Made by a program: the position numbers and the translations under genes
Assembly (NCBI RefSeq): GCF_050920415.1
Contig: NZ_CP169309.1
Strand: one strand, 5' to 3'
DNA: 64,000 nucleotides
From: Escherichia coli
GTDB lineage: Bacteria > Pseudomonadota > Gammaproteobacteria > Enterobacterales > Enterobacteriaceae
Shown here: piece by piece, positions 1 to 12,642 of the stretch
How positions within the stretch are numbered: position 1 is the first letter of the stretch
Layout of the letters: the number at the start of each line of letters is the position of its first letter
The notes under the pieces: model-generated
What the model saw: the letters and a program-made list of their open reading frames with translations, nothing else
Told to the model about the DNA's origin: nothing
Database searches by the model: none

Positions 1-512
1 GCAAAGTACTGCGCTATACCGATCCGCGCCGTTTTGGTGCCTGGCTGTGGACCAAAGAGCTGGAAGGGCATAATGTGCTGGCCCACCTTGGACCGGAGCC
101 GCTTAGCGACGATTTCAACGGTGAGTACCTGCATCAGAAGTGCGCGAAGAAAAAAACGGCGATTAAACCGTGGCTGATGGATAACAAGCTGGTGGTAGGC
201 GTAGGGAATATCTATGCCAGCGAATCTCTGTTTGCGGCGGGGATCCATCCGGATCGGCTGGCGTCATCACTGTCGCTGGCAGAGTGTGAATTGTTAGCTC
301 GGGTGATTAAAGCGGTGTTGCTGCGTTCGATTGAGCAGGGCGGTACAACGCTGAAAGATTTTCTGCAAAGTGATGGTAAACCGGGCTATTTCGCTCAGGA
401 ATTGCAGGTTTACGGGCGAAAAGGTGAGCCGTGTCGGGTGTGCGGTACGCCGATTGTGGCGACGAAACATGCACAACGGGCAACGTTTTATTGTCGGCAG
501 TGCCAGAAGTAA
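1..512 (+). CDS. mutM: Formamidopyrimidine-DNA glycosylase (MutM/Fpg), 3' portion; gene begins upstream of the window
   Basis: Frame open from window start; translation ...[32 protein letters not shown]...[23 protein letters not shown] with C-terminal zinc-finger CxxC...CxxC; stop at 510-512. Confidence 0.9.
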
Positions 513-521
513 TTGATGCGC

Positions 522-543
522 GCCGGATGGCATACCATCCGGC
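522..543. terminator. Perfect GC-rich hairpin (gccggatgg-cata-ccatccggc) between convergent mutM and coaD; likely bidirectional terminator
   Basis: 9-bp inverted repeat with 4-nt loop read directly in sequence, located between two convergent stops. Confidence 0.55.
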
Positions 544-550
544 ATAAACG

Positions 551-2315
<1,765 letters not shown>

Positions 2316-2661
2316 AGTAAATAGCTGACTTATGGATGTGCTGGGGATTCTATGTATTTAGCGGTGGCTTTACCATTACTTTTCCCGTTTTTGACTTAAA
2401 TAGCTTCAGTTTGGTCTGATCTGCCGCTACATCTTCATTTTTTTTGTATTTTTATGCGATTCATTGAAACTCAGCCCCATTTTCAACTCTACATAAGCCA
2501 TACCGACCTTATCGGTATGATATTTTTTATCTATTTGAATTTTATAATTAAAAAATATTTTGTGTATAAAAATCATTCGGGTCGGATTGCTGCGAAAGAA
2601 ATGATACACTAGCACGTCAAAGTAAGTGCGTTATCAGTATTCAGGTAGCTGTTGAGCCTGG

Positions 2662-2673
2662 GGCGGTAGCGTG
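2662..2673 (+). promoter_or_regulatory. ops element (GGCGGTAGCGTG) within a JUMPstart-like leader of the waaQ operon; RfaH recruitment site
   Basis: Exact match to ops consensus GGCGGTAGnnTG, about 85 bp upstream of waaQ start, in the waaA-waaQ divergent intergenic region. Confidence 0.8.
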
Positions 2674-2756
2674 CTTTTTTTCTGCTTAACTAACCAGACA
2701 ATCACACAAAAGAGTCGCTAGTGGAAAAGCCATTTCGAAAAATCCTGGTCATAAAG

Positions 2757-3791
2757 ATGCGATATCATGGAGATATGTTATTAACTACTCCTGTCATCAG
2801 TACGCTCAAGCAGAATTATCCTGATGCAAAAATCGATATGCTGCTTTATCAGGACACCATCCCTATTTTGTCTGAAAACCCGGAAATTAATGCGCTCTAC
2901 GGGATAAGCAATAAAGGTGCGGGAACATTCGATAAAATTAAAAATGTGCTTTCGTTGATAAAAACTCTGCGCGGAAATAATTATGACCTGGTCATTAATC
3001 TTACGGATCAGTGGATGGTGGCGCTGCTGGTACGTTGTTTACCTGCACGGATGAAAATATCGCAACTTTATGGTCATCGGCAGCATGGCATTTGGAAAAA
3101 AAGCTTCACTCACTTAGCGCCAATACACGGTACACATATTGTTGAGCGGAATTTATCGGTCCTTGAGCCATTAGGTATTACCGATTTCTACACTGACACA
3201 ACAATGAGTTACGCCGAAGATTGCTGGAAGAAGATGCGCCAGGAATTAGATGCCCTGGGCGTAAAAGATCATTATGTTGTCATCCAACCGACAGCGCGTC
3301 AGATATTTAAGTGTTGGGATAACGATAAATTTTCTAAGGTTATTGATGCGCTGCAACAGCGAGGATATCAGGTTGTGCTGACCTGTGGGCCTTCGGCAGA
3401 CGATCTCTCTTGTGTAGATGAGATTGCGCAAGGTTGCAAAACGAAACCCATTACTGGCCTTGCAGGTAAAACACGTTTTCCTGAACTGGGTGCGTTAATT
3501 GATCATGCAGTGCTTTTTATTGGCGTAGATTCTGCGCCGGGACATATTGCAGCGGCAGTGAAAACGCCAGTCATTAGTCTATTTGGTGCAACGGACCACG
3601 TATTCTGGCGCCCCTGGACCGAGAATATTATTCAATTCTGGGCGGGGAATTATCAGAAAATGCCGACCCGGCATGAACTTGACCGCAACAAAAAATATCT
3701 TTCTGTTATCCCAGCGGAAGATGTGATCGCCGCTACGGAAAAGCTGTTGCCAGAAGATGCCCCTTCAGCTGACAGGAATGCACAATTATGA
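2757..3791 (+). CDS. waaQ: LPS core heptosyltransferase III (344 aa from ATG at 2757; a GTG at 2721 would give 356 aa)
   Basis: Translation MRYHGDMLLTTPVISTLKQNYPDAKIDMLL...; heptosyltransferase family 9 fold; first gene of waaQ operon. Confidence 0.85.
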   Translation: MRYHGDMLLTTPVISTLKQNYPDAKIDMLLYQDTIPILSENPEINALYGISNKGAGTFDKIKNVLSLIKTLRGNNYDLVINLTDQWMVALLVRCLPARMKISQLYGHRQHGIWKKSFTHLAPIHGTHIVERNLSVLEPLGITDFYTDTTMSYAEDCWKKMRQELDALGVKDHYVVIQPTARQIFKCWDNDKFSKVIDALQQRGYQVVLTCGPSADDLSCVDEIAQGCKTKPITGLAGKTRFPELGALIDHAVLFIGVDSAPGHIAAAVKTPVISLFGATDHVFWRPWTENIIQFWAGNYQKMPTRHELDRNKKYLSVIPAEDVIAATEKLLPEDAPSADRNAQL

Positions 3792-4912
3792 TCGTGGCGT
3801 TTTGTTTATATAAATATTTTCCATTTGGTGGGCTTCAACGTGACTTTATGCGTATTGCATCAACAGTTGCCGCTCGGGGCCACCATGTTCGGGTCTATAC
3901 GCAGTCGTGGGAAGGTGATTGCCCAAAAGCATTTGAGCTTATTCAGGTGCCAGTTAAGTCCCATACCAACCATGGACGCAATGCAGAGTATTATGCCTGG
4001 GTACAAAATCATCTCAAAGAGCATCCCGCAGATCGCGTTGTTGGGTTTAATAAGATGCCAGGTCTGGATGTTTATTTTGCTGCTGATGTTTGTTACGCCG
4101 AGAAAGTTGCGCAAGAAAAAGGTTTTTTATATCGTTTAACATCACGATATCGCCATTATGCCGCATTTGAGCGGGCGACTTTCGAGCAGGGTAAATCGAC
4201 GAAACTTATGATGCTGACCGATAAGCAAATCGCCGATTTCCAGAAGCATTATCAAACCGAACCTGAACGTTTTCAAATTCTTCCTCCCGGTATTTATCCG
4301 GACAGAAAATACAGCGAGCAAATCCCAAACAGTCGTGAAATTTATCGCCAGAAAAATGGCATAAAAGAGCAACAAAACTTATTACTGCAGGTTGGATCAG
4401 ATTTTGGCCGTAAAGGTGTGGATCGCTCAATTGAAGCTTTGGCATCGTTATCGGAATCATTACGTCACAATACGCTTTTATTTGTTGTTGGCCAGGATAA
4501 GCCGCGAAAATTTGAAGCGCTGGCAGAAAAGCTCGGCGTGCGGAGCAATGTGCATTTCTTCTCCGGTCGCAATGATGTGTCAGAATTAATGGCAGCCGCT
4601 GATTTATTACTGCATCCCGCTTATCAGGAAGCCGCGGGTATCGTTCTTCTTGAAGCAATCACTGCTGGATTACCTGTTTTAACAACTGCGGTATGTGGGT
4701 ACGCGCATTATATTGCGGATGCCAATTGTGGAACGGTTATCGCTGAACCATTCTCCCAGGAACAGTTAAATGAAGTTTTACGTAAAGCGTTAACTCAGTC
4801 TCCATTACGAATGGCCTGGGCGGAGAATGCTCGCCATTATGCCGATACTCAGGATTTGTATAGCCTGCCAGAGAAAGCCGCAGATATCATTACAGGTGGT
4901 TTAGATGGTTGA
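3788..4912 (+). CDS. waaG: LPS core glucosyltransferase I, 374 aa
   Basis: 374-aa ORF overlapping waaQ stop (ATGA); GT4-like C-terminal region ...[26 protein letters not shown]... Confidence 0.9.
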   Translation: MIVAFCLYKYFPFGGLQRDFMRIASTVAARGHHVRVYTQSWEGDCPKAFELIQVPVKSHTNHGRNAEYYAWVQNHLKEHPADRVVGFNKMPGLDVYFAADVCYAEKVAQEKGFLYRLTSRYRHYAAFERATFEQGKSTKLMMLTDKQIADFQKHYQTEPERFQILPPGIYPDRKYSEQIPNSREIYRQKNGIKEQQNLLLQVGSDFGRKGVDRSIEALASLSESLRHNTLLFVVGQDKPRKFEALAEKLGVRSNVHFFSGRNDVSELMAAADLLLHPAYQEAAGIVLLEAITAGLPVLTTAVCGYAHYIADANCGTVIAEPFSQEQLNEVLRKALTQSPLRMAWAENARHYADTQDLYSLPEKAADIITGGLDG

Positions 4913-5702
4913 ATTAAAAGAGCCGCTTGCCACACTTTGGCGTGGTAAAGATGCTTTTGAAGAAGTCAAAAAACTGAATGGCGAGGTCTTTCGTGAACTC
5001 GAGACGCGTCGCACATTACGCTTTGAACTGGCCGGGAAAAGCTATTTTCTTAAATGGCACAAAGGGACGACATTAAAAGAGATTGTAAAAAATCTACTCT
5101 CATTACGGATGCCCGTTTTGGGCGCAGACAGAGAGTGGCACGCTATTCATCGCCTGAGTGATGTTGGCGTTGATACAATGAAGGGCATTGGGTTTGGTGA
5201 AAAAGGGTTAAATCCATTAACTCGCACATCATTTATTATTACCGAAGATCTCACTCCCACGATTAGCCTTGAAGATTATTGTGCTGATTGGGCAGTCAAC
5301 CCGCCTGATATACGTGTAAAGCGTATGCTGATTACACGAGTGGCAACCATGGTGCGTAAAATGCACGCCGCAGGGATAAATCACCGCGACTGCTACATTT
5401 GCCACTTTTTGCTTCATTTACCATTTACTGGCCGGGAAGATGAATTAAAAATTTCGGTTATCGATCTGCATCGGGCACAGATACGTGCAAAAGTACCGCG
5501 CCGTTGGCGCGATAAAGACCTGATTGGTTTATATTTCTCATCAATGAATATTGGCCTGACGCAAAGAGACATATGGCGATTTATGAAGGTTTATTTTGGG
5601 ATGCCTTTGCGAAAAATATTGTCTCTTGAACAGAACTTATTGAACATGACAAGCGTTAAGGCCGAGCGTATTAAAGAGCGAACACAACGTAAAGGATTAT
5701 AA
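4905..5702 (+). CDS. waaP: LPS core heptose(I) kinase, 265 aa
   Basis: 265-aa ORF overlapping waaG by 8 bp; kinase-like motifs ...[17 protein letters not shown]... Confidence 0.9.
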   Translation: MVELKEPLATLWRGKDAFEEVKKLNGEVFRELETRRTLRFELAGKSYFLKWHKGTTLKEIVKNLLSLRMPVLGADREWHAIHRLSDVGVDTMKGIGFGEKGLNPLTRTSFIITEDLTPTISLEDYCADWAVNPPDIRVKRMLITRVATMVRKMHAAGINHRDCYICHFLLHLPFTGREDELKISVIDLHRAQIRAKVPRRWRDKDLIGLYFSSMNIGLTQRDIWRFMKVYFGMPLRKILSLEQNLLNMTSVKAERIKERTQRKGL

Positions 5703-5738
5703 AAATATTTATCAGTATGTACTGGAACTAACTTCATT

Positions 5739-6674
5739 ATGACTATTTATTTTATAAACTGGGTTGCAGATTATGAATTAAAAATGATCCAGTACCTGAA
5801 AAAAAAGTACAAGATAAAAAACATAACGACACCAAAAAAATACAACTGGATTAATAAGAAAATCTCAAAAATAGGGATGGATAATGCATGGCTGGGGCGA
5901 TTATTCATCAAACATTACCTAAATGATATTAAAAAAGATGACATAATTATCTTTAATGACAGTGTTATTAATAAAGGTATCAATAAACAAATATTAAAAA
6001 ACATTAACTGTCATAAAGTTTTGCTTCTAAGAAATACTGTTAGCGAAGATTTTATTTTTGATAACGCCAATTATTTCGATGTTATATATGATTTTGAACA
6101 TAGATTTATAGGGAATGAAAAGACCAAAGCAATAGAACAATTTTTTCCTATAGGGATGGAGGAGATTACGAATTATAACTTATCTGACAAAAATAACAGT
6201 CAGCCAATATGTTTCTTTCTTGGTCGAGATAAAGGGCGTCTTCAAATAATTAATGAGTTAGCCGATAGACTAGCAACACTAGGATGTAAGTTAGATTTTA
6301 ATGTTGTCAAAGATAAGACATCATCACCGACTTCAAAGTATTTGATTGAAAAACAAATGCCTTATGAAGAGAATATTAGAAGAACATTAAATGCTAATAT
6401 AATTGTTGATATAACTAAAGAAAACCAATCTGGTTGGACTCTTCGTATACTTGAGGCGCTATTTTTCAATAAGAAATTAATCACCAATAATATAAATATA
6501 CTTACTTCAGAAATCTATAGTGAGTCTCGCTTTTTTATAATAGGTCATGATGATTGGGATAAGTTAGAGTATTTTATTAACTCATCTGTTAAACCAATGG
6601 ATTATGATAGTTTATATAAATTCAGTCCAGATAAAATGATGTCAACGATTGTTTCTGATTTTATAGATAAATAA
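5739..6674 (+). CDS. waaS: LPS core biosynthesis protein WaaS (K-12 core-type specific), 311 aa
   Basis: AT-rich 311-aa ORF at the waaS position of the K-12-type core cluster. Confidence 0.75.
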   Translation: MTIYFINWVADYELKMIQYLKKKYKIKNITTPKKYNWINKKISKIGMDNAWLGRLFIKHYLNDIKKDDIIIFNDSVINKGINKQILKNINCHKVLLLRNTVSEDFIFDNANYFDVIYDFEHRFIGNEKTKAIEQFFPIGMEEITNYNLSDKNNSQPICFFLGRDKGRLQIINELADRLATLGCKLDFNVVKDKTSSPTSKYLIEKQMPYEENIRRTLNANIIVDITKENQSGWTLRILEALFFNKKLITNNINILTSEIYSESRFFIIGHDDWDKLEYFINSSVKPMDYDSLYKFSPDKMMSTIVSDFIDK

Positions 6675-6717
6675 AACCGTTAAAACAGTGAGTTTTACTC
6701 AATTAATGAGATCTTCT

Positions 6718-7797
6718 ATGAAAATAGCGTTTATCGGCGAAGCCGTTTCTGGATTTGGCGGCATGGAAACAGTCATCCGTGATGTCATTAGCAACTTCAG
6801 GCAACAACATATCCAAAGTGAAATGTTTTTCTTTTGTCGTAATGACAAAATGGATAAGGGATGGCTAGAGGGTATACAGTACTCGTGTTCATTTTCCAAT
6901 ATTCGTTTAGGCTTTTTACGTCGGGCGAAACATATTTATGCTTTAAGCAAATGGCTGCGGGATTATCAACCGGATATCGTTATTTGTATTGATGTGATCT
7001 CCTGCCTGTTTGCCGCAAAAGCACGTAAAAAATCAGGAATTGATGTGCCAGTATTTTCATGGCCACATTTTTCTTTAGATCACAAAAAACATGCTGAATA
7101 TATCACCTGTGCCGACTATCATTTAGCAATCAGCTCTGGCATTAAACAGCAAATGATTAATCGGGGTGTAGCAGAATCGACGATAAATGTTATTTTTAAT
7201 CCCGTCGAAGCCAAAGATTCAGTCATTCCCGCGCCCGAGGAAGCCGAAACGGCAACGTTCATTTATGTTGGGCGTATGAAATTTGAAGGCCAGAAGAGAG
7301 TTAAAGACCTGCTTGATGGCTTATCACAAGCGCAAGGTAACTGGAAACTCCATGTATTGGGTGATGGTTCCGATTTTGAAAAATGCCAGGCTTATAGTAG
7401 AGAACTAAATATTGATGATCGAATTGTCTGGTATGGTTGGCAACAACATCCCTGGGAATTGGTCCAGCAAGATATTAAAAAAGTGAGTGCATTATTGCTC
7501 ACGTCATCTTTTGAAGGTTTCCCAATGACCCTACTTGAAGCCTTGTCATGGGGGATTCCTTGTATCAGTGCCGATTGTGTCTCCGGGCCTGCTGACATTA
7601 TTCAACCTGATGTCAATGGTCATCTGTATCAACCGGGAGATATTGCTGGTTTTGTAACTCTTCTAAATAAATATATAGCAGGTGAAATTCATATCGAACA
7701 TGAAAAAATTCCTGCGTCGATCGATAAGTTTTACCAATCGAAGTATTACGATAGATTACATAAGATAATTATTTCTGCTATTTCCCGGAGGAAATAA
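6718..7797 (+). CDS. waaB: LPS core UDP-galactose:(glucosyl)LPS alpha-1,6-galactosyltransferase, 359 aa from internal Met
   Basis: Translation MKIAFIGEAVSGFGGMETVIRD...; GT4 family E-x7-E region ...SSFEGFPMTLLEALSWGIPCIS... Confidence 0.85.
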   Translation: MKIAFIGEAVSGFGGMETVIRDVISNFRQQHIQSEMFFFCRNDKMDKGWLEGIQYSCSFSNIRLGFLRRAKHIYALSKWLRDYQPDIVICIDVISCLFAAKARKKSGIDVPVFSWPHFSLDHKKHAEYITCADYHLAISSGIKQQMINRGVAESTINVIFNPVEAKDSVIPAPEEAETATFIYVGRMKFEGQKRVKDLLDGLSQAQGNWKLHVLGDGSDFEKCQAYSRELNIDDRIVWYGWQQHPWELVQQDIKKVSALLLTSSFEGFPMTLLEALSWGIPCISADCVSGPADIIQPDVNGHLYQPGDIAGFVTLLNKYIAGEIHIEHEKIPASIDKFYQSKYYDRLHKIIISAISRRK

Positions 7798-8816
7798 TGC
7801 AGCAGGTGTTTTTCCAGGAAACTGAGTTTCTTAATTCAGTTATTGATTATAATCATAAAGTAGAAACAGAAAATCTTTGTCTGGACATCGCTTATGGAAC
7901 TGACAAAAATTTTCTATTTGGTTGCGGAATTTCGATTGCTTCAATATTAAAGTATAATGAAGGAAGTCGATTGTGTTTCCATATTTTTACTGATTATTTT
8001 GGTGATGATGATCGTAAGTATTTTGATGCCCTGGCGTTGCAGTATGAAACCAGAATTAAAATATATCTGATTAATGGTGATCGACTGCGCTCATTGCCTA
8101 GCACAAAGAATTGGACTCATGCAATATATTTTCGTTTTGTTATTGCAGATTACTTTATTAATAAGGCGTCTAAAGTCCTTTATCTGGATGCAGATATCAT
8201 TTGTCAGGGGAATATTGAGCCACTAATTAATTTCTCATTTCCTGGCGATAAAGTCGCAATGGTTGTTACAGAAGGGCAAGCTGACTGGTGGGAAAAACGC
8301 GCCCATTCGTTAGGTGTTGTGGGAATTGCTAAAGGTTACTTTAACTCGGGTTTTTTATTGATTAATACTGCCCAATGGGCGGCTCAGCAGGTTTCTGCCC
8401 GAGCCATTGCAATGCTAAATGAGCCAGAAATAATCAAAAAGATAACACATCCTGATCAGGATGTATTAAATATGTTGCTGGCAGATAAACTTATTTTTGC
8501 TGATATTAAATATAACACCCAGTTTAGCTTAAATTATCAACTTAAAGAAAGCTTTATAAACCCAGTAACCAACGATACTATTTTTATCCATTATATCGGA
8601 CCAACCAAGCCCTGGCATGATTGGGCCTGGGATTATCCTGTATCACAAGCCTTTATGGAGGCAAAAAATGCTTCGCCATGGAAGAATACGGCGTTGCTGA
8701 AACCGAACAATAGCAATCAATTAAGATATAGCGCAAAACATATGCTTAAAAAGCATAGATATCTAAAAGGATTTAGCAACTATCTTTTTTATTTTATTGA
8801 AAAGATAAAGCATTAA
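7797..8816 (+). CDS. waaO: LPS core alpha-1,3-glucosyltransferase (GT8 family), 339 aa
   Basis: 339-aa ORF; GT8-type motifs ...LYLDADIICQG..., ...HYIGPTKPW... Confidence 0.85.
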   Translation: MQQVFFQETEFLNSVIDYNHKVETENLCLDIAYGTDKNFLFGCGISIASILKYNEGSRLCFHIFTDYFGDDDRKYFDALALQYETRIKIYLINGDRLRSLPSTKNWTHAIYFRFVIADYFINKASKVLYLDADIICQGNIEPLINFSFPGDKVAMVVTEGQADWWEKRAHSLGVVGIAKGYFNSGFLLINTAQWAAQQVSARAIAMLNEPEIIKKITHPDQDVLNMLLADKLIFADIKYNTQFSLNYQLKESFINPVTNDTIFIHYIGPTKPWHDWAWDYPVSQAFMEAKNASPWKNTALLKPNNSNQLRYSAKHMLKKHRYLKGFSNYLFYFIEKIKH

Positions 8817-8855
8817 AACTGGGAAACTATAAAGTAATGATATAAGGGTAGCATT

Positions 8856-9872
8856 GTGGACTCATTTCCTGCCATAGAGATAGATAAAGTTAAAGCCTGG
8901 GATTTTCGGCTTGCTAATATAAATACTTCTGAATGTTTAAATGTTGCCTATGGTGTCGATGCTAATTATCTTGATGGTGTAGGTATTTCCATCACATCAA
9001 TTGTCCTAAATAATCGACATATTAATCTTGATTTTTATATTATTGCTGATGTTTATAATGATGGTTTTTTTCAAAAAGTTGCAAAGCTTGCAGAGCAATA
9101 CCAATTAAGAATCACGTTATATAGAATTAACACTGATAAGCTCCAGTGCTTGCCTTGTACACAGGTCTGGTCAAGAGCAATGTACTTCCGTTTATTTGCA
9201 TTTCAATTATTGGGTTTAACGCTTGATCGTTTGCTTTATCTTGATGCAGATGTTGTTTGTAAAGGCGATATTAGCCAACTATTGCATCTGGATTTAAACG
9301 GAGCGGTTGCTGCTGTTGTTAAAGATGTTGAGCCAATGCAGGAAAAGGCGGTATCCAGGTTGTCTGATCCTGAATTACTTGGGCAGTACTTTAATTCTGG
9401 TGTCGTTTATTTAGATTTAAAAAAATGGGCTGACGCAAAACTAACAGAAAAAGCGTTGTCTATTCTTATGAGTAAAGATAATGTTTATAAATACCCTGAT
9501 CAGGATGTTATGAATGTCTTACTGAAAGGGATGACAATATTTTTGCCTCGTGAGTACAATACAATTTATACAATTAAAAGTGAATTAAAAGATAAAACAC
9601 ATCAAAACTATAAAAAGCTGATTACAGAAAGTACTCTTCTTATTCATTATACAGGTGCAACTAAACCGTGGCACAAATGGGCAATTTATCCATCGGTAAA
9701 ATACTATAAAATAGCTTTAGAAAATTCGCCATGGAAAGATGACTCGCCACGAGATGCAAAATCAATTATTGAATTTAAAAAAAGATATAAACATCTTTTA
9801 GTGCAGCGTCACTATATCTCAGGAATTATAGCAGGAGTCTGTTATCTTTGCCGAAAATATTACCGTAAATAA
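8856..9872 (+). CDS. waaJ: LPS core alpha-1,2-glucosyltransferase (GT8 family), 338 aa
   Basis: 338-aa paralog of the preceding GT8 ORF (...LYLDADVVCKG..., ...HYTGATKPW...). Confidence 0.85.
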   Translation: MDSFPAIEIDKVKAWDFRLANINTSECLNVAYGVDANYLDGVGISITSIVLNNRHINLDFYIIADVYNDGFFQKVAKLAEQYQLRITLYRINTDKLQCLPCTQVWSRAMYFRLFAFQLLGLTLDRLLYLDADVVCKGDISQLLHLDLNGAVAAVVKDVEPMQEKAVSRLSDPELLGQYFNSGVVYLDLKKWADAKLTEKALSILMSKDNVYKYPDQDVMNVLLKGMTIFLPREYNTIYTIKSELKDKTHQNYKKLITESTLLIHYTGATKPWHKWAIYPSVKYYKIALENSPWKDDSPRDAKSIIEFKKRYKHLLVQRHYISGIIAGVCYLCRKYYRK

Positions 9873-9889
9873 CATTTAACTGGTTTATT

Positions 9890-10588
9890 ATGATTCAGAA
9901 GAGCAAGATCAAAGACTTGGTTGTTTTTACCGATGAAAACAATTCAAAGTATCTCAATGTATTAAATGACTTTCTTTCTTATGATATTAATATCATCAAA
10001 GTTTTTCGTTCTATAGATGATACAAAAGTCATGCTTATTGATACCGATTACGGTAAATTGATACTTAAAGTTTTTTCTCCTAAAGTTAAACGCAACGAAC
10101 GTTTCTTTAAATCTCTTTTAAAGGGAGATTATTATGAACGCCTTTTTGAGCAAACTCAAAAAGTGCGTAACGAGGGGCTACATTCTCTCAATGACTTCTA
10201 TTTGTTAGCAGAACGGAAAACATTACGTTTTGTCCATACTTACATCATGCTTATCGAATATATCGATGGCGTTGAGTTGTGTGATATCCCCGATATTGAT
10301 GAAACGTTAAAAAATAAAATTCAACAATCAATCCGTTCATTGCACGAACATGGTATGGTATCTGGTGATCCTCACCGTGGTAATTTTATTATTGAAAATG
10401 GTGAAGTACGCATTATTGATCTTTCAGGAAAACGGGCATCTTCACAACGTAAAGCGAAAGATCGTATTGATCTAGAACGACATTATGGTATTAAGAATGA
10501 GATTAAAGATCTCGGTTATTATCTTTTAGTTTATCGTAAAAAAATACGTAATCTTATGCGCCGCTTGAAAGGAAAGCCAGCACGATAA
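9890..10588 (+). CDS. waaY: LPS core heptose(II) kinase, 232 aa
   Basis: 232-aa ORF with kinase-like ...HEHGMVSGDPHRGNFII...; position after waaJ. Confidence 0.85.
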   Translation: MIQKSKIKDLVVFTDENNSKYLNVLNDFLSYDINIIKVFRSIDDTKVMLIDTDYGKLILKVFSPKVKRNERFFKSLLKGDYYERLFEQTQKVRNEGLHSLNDFYLLAERKTLRFVHTYIMLIEYIDGVELCDIPDIDETLKNKIQQSIRSLHEHGMVSGDPHRGNFIIENGEVRIIDLSGKRASSQRKAKDRIDLERHYGIKNEIKDLGYYLLVYRKKIRNLMRRLKGKPAR

Positions 10589-10659
10589 AGTAAAAGTCTT
10601 ACATTTAAACGTCTTCGTCAGAACATTTCTATGCGGAGTTATTATTTCACAGGTTTATC

Positions 10660-11511
10660 ATGAAGAATATTAGATACATTGACAAAAAAGATGTTGAAAA
10701 CCTGATAGAAAGTAAAACGTCTGATGATGTTATTATTTTTCTTTCCGGCCCCACATCGCAAAAAACACCATTGTCAGTTCTGCAGACAAGGGATGTTATT
10801 GCTGTCAATGGTTCCGCGCAATATCTACTAAGTCATAATATTATTCCCTATATTTATGTACTTACTGATGTTCGCTTCTTGCATCAGCGTCGTGATGATT
10901 TTTATAAATTTAGCCAGAGAAGTCGTTATACCATAGTAAACGTCGACGTTTATGAACACGCTTCCAAAGAAGATAAACTTTATATCCTCCAAAACTGCCT
11001 CGTATTACGGTCCTTTTACCGCCGAGAAAAAGGCGGTTTGATAAAGAAGATAAAATTTAATATATTAAGTCAGATTCATAAAGAACTGCTGATCTCTGTA
11101 CCGTTGTCTAAAAAAGGTCGTCTGGTCGGATTTAGCAAGGACATCAGTCTTGGTTATTGCTCATGCCATACTATTGCCTTTGCTGCAATTCAAATAGCAT
11201 ATACACTTAAGTATGCGCGGATTATTTGTTCTGGTCTTGATTTAACTGGTAGTTGTTCTCGTTTCTATGACGAAAGTAACAATCCTATGCCCTCGGAATT
11301 GAGTAGGGATTTGTATAAAATCTTGCCATTTTTCCGTTTTATGCGTGATAATGTAGAAGATATTAATATTTATAATTTGTCAGATGATACGGCTATTTCT
11401 TACGATGTAATTCCATTTATTAAACCTCTCGATATCAGTACAGAAGAGTCAAAGGATAAGATAAGAAAAAAAATGGAATATAAAGCTTCAACTGATTCTT
11501 ATGCTAATTAA
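10660..11511 (+). CDS. waaZ: LPS core biosynthesis protein WaaZ (K-12 core type), 283 aa
   Basis: 283-aa AT-rich ORF at waaZ position. Confidence 0.75.
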   Translation: MKNIRYIDKKDVENLIESKTSDDVIIFLSGPTSQKTPLSVLQTRDVIAVNGSAQYLLSHNIIPYIYVLTDVRFLHQRRDDFYKFSQRSRYTIVNVDVYEHASKEDKLYILQNCLVLRSFYRREKGGLIKKIKFNILSQIHKELLISVPLSKKGRLVGFSKDISLGYCSCHTIAFAAIQIAYTLKYARIICSGLDLTGSCSRFYDESNNPMPSELSRDLYKILPFFRFMRDNVEDINIYNLSDDTAISYDVIPFIKPLDISTEESKDKIRKKMEYKASTDSYAN

Positions 11512-11543
11512 TCATCCTGAAACTAAAATTATATGGTATAAAA

Positions 11544-12617
11544 ATGCGTTTAGGAACTTTTCACAAAAAGAAAAGATTTTATATAAACAAAATCAAGATT
11601 AATTTTCTTTCTTTTTTATTTCGTAAAAAAATCAATAACCAAGTTACAGATCTCGCACAAGTTAAATCATGCCTTATCATTCATGATAATAATAAACTCG
11701 GTGATTTAATTGTATTAAGTTCGATTTATCGTGAGCTTTATAGTAAAGGAGTTAAAATAACCATTCTCACAAATAGAAAGGGAGGGGAGTTTCTCTCTAA
11801 CAATAAAAATATATTTGGATTCTGTATTAAAGAATCAACAGGTTTCCTTAAAATGCTTACTCTATGTAAGCATTTGCGGGATTTACAGTTCGATATTGTA
11901 TTAGACCCCTTTGAAACTATGCCCTCATTTAAGCATAGCTTAATATTATCAAGTTTAAAAGATTCTTACATTCTGGGTTTTGATCAATGGTATAAGCGTT
12001 ACTATTCATTTTACCATCCCCATGATGAATGTTTAAAAGAACATATGAGTACACGAGCAATAGAAATACTGAAGCATATTTATGGTGAGGGTGAATTTTC
12101 CACCGACTACGACTTGCATTTGCCTGTAGATGTTGAAAATAAAATAATAGATTTTATTGGGAATACAAGGATAGTCATCATTAACCCATTAGGTGCAAAA
12201 AAAATATGCCGACTTACGTTTGAGCAAATAAAAGTTATATATCAAGAAGTGAAAGTACAATTTGAGAATTATCGAGTGATATTTACTGGGTTGCCGCAAG
12301 ATTTATTGACAATACCAATACCTGAAATCGAAACACTACCATTTGATGAGTTTATTTATACCGTTGCGTTGACCAGGTATAGTGATTTTGTCATTTCTGT
12401 TGATACAGCTCTTGTTCATATCGCTGCGGCTTATCATAAACCAACGCTTGCATTTTATCCTAATTCACGCACTCCGGAATATCCCTCACATTTAATTTGG
12501 TCCCCAAATAATCATCGGTCTATACAAATAGTATCCCCAACATTTACGGTAAAAGATATCGATCCTGAAACTTTAACTGATTCAGTAAAGAGATTAAGTT
12601 GTATAGATAAGAAGTGA
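11544..12617 (+). CDS. waaU: LPS core heptosyltransferase-family protein WaaU (RfaK), 357 aa
   Basis: 357-aa ORF, last gene of the long waaQ operon, heptosyltransferase-like fold. Confidence 0.8.
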   Translation: MRLGTFHKKKRFYINKIKINFLSFLFRKKINNQVTDLAQVKSCLIIHDNNKLGDLIVLSSIYRELYSKGVKITILTNRKGGEFLSNNKNIFGFCIKESTGFLKMLTLCKHLRDLQFDIVLDPFETMPSFKHSLILSSLKDSYILGFDQWYKRYYSFYHPHDECLKEHMSTRAIEILKHIYGEGEFSTDYDLHLPVDVENKIIDFIGNTRIVIINPLGAKKICRLTFEQIKVIYQEVKVQFENYRVIFTGLPQDLLTIPIPEIETLPFDEFIYTVALTRYSDFVISVDTALVHIAAAYHKPTLAFYPNSRTPEYPSHLIWSPNNHRSIQIVSPTFTVKDIDPETLTDSVKRLSCIDKK

Positions 12618-12642
12618 GTTTTAACTCACTTCTTAAACTTGT

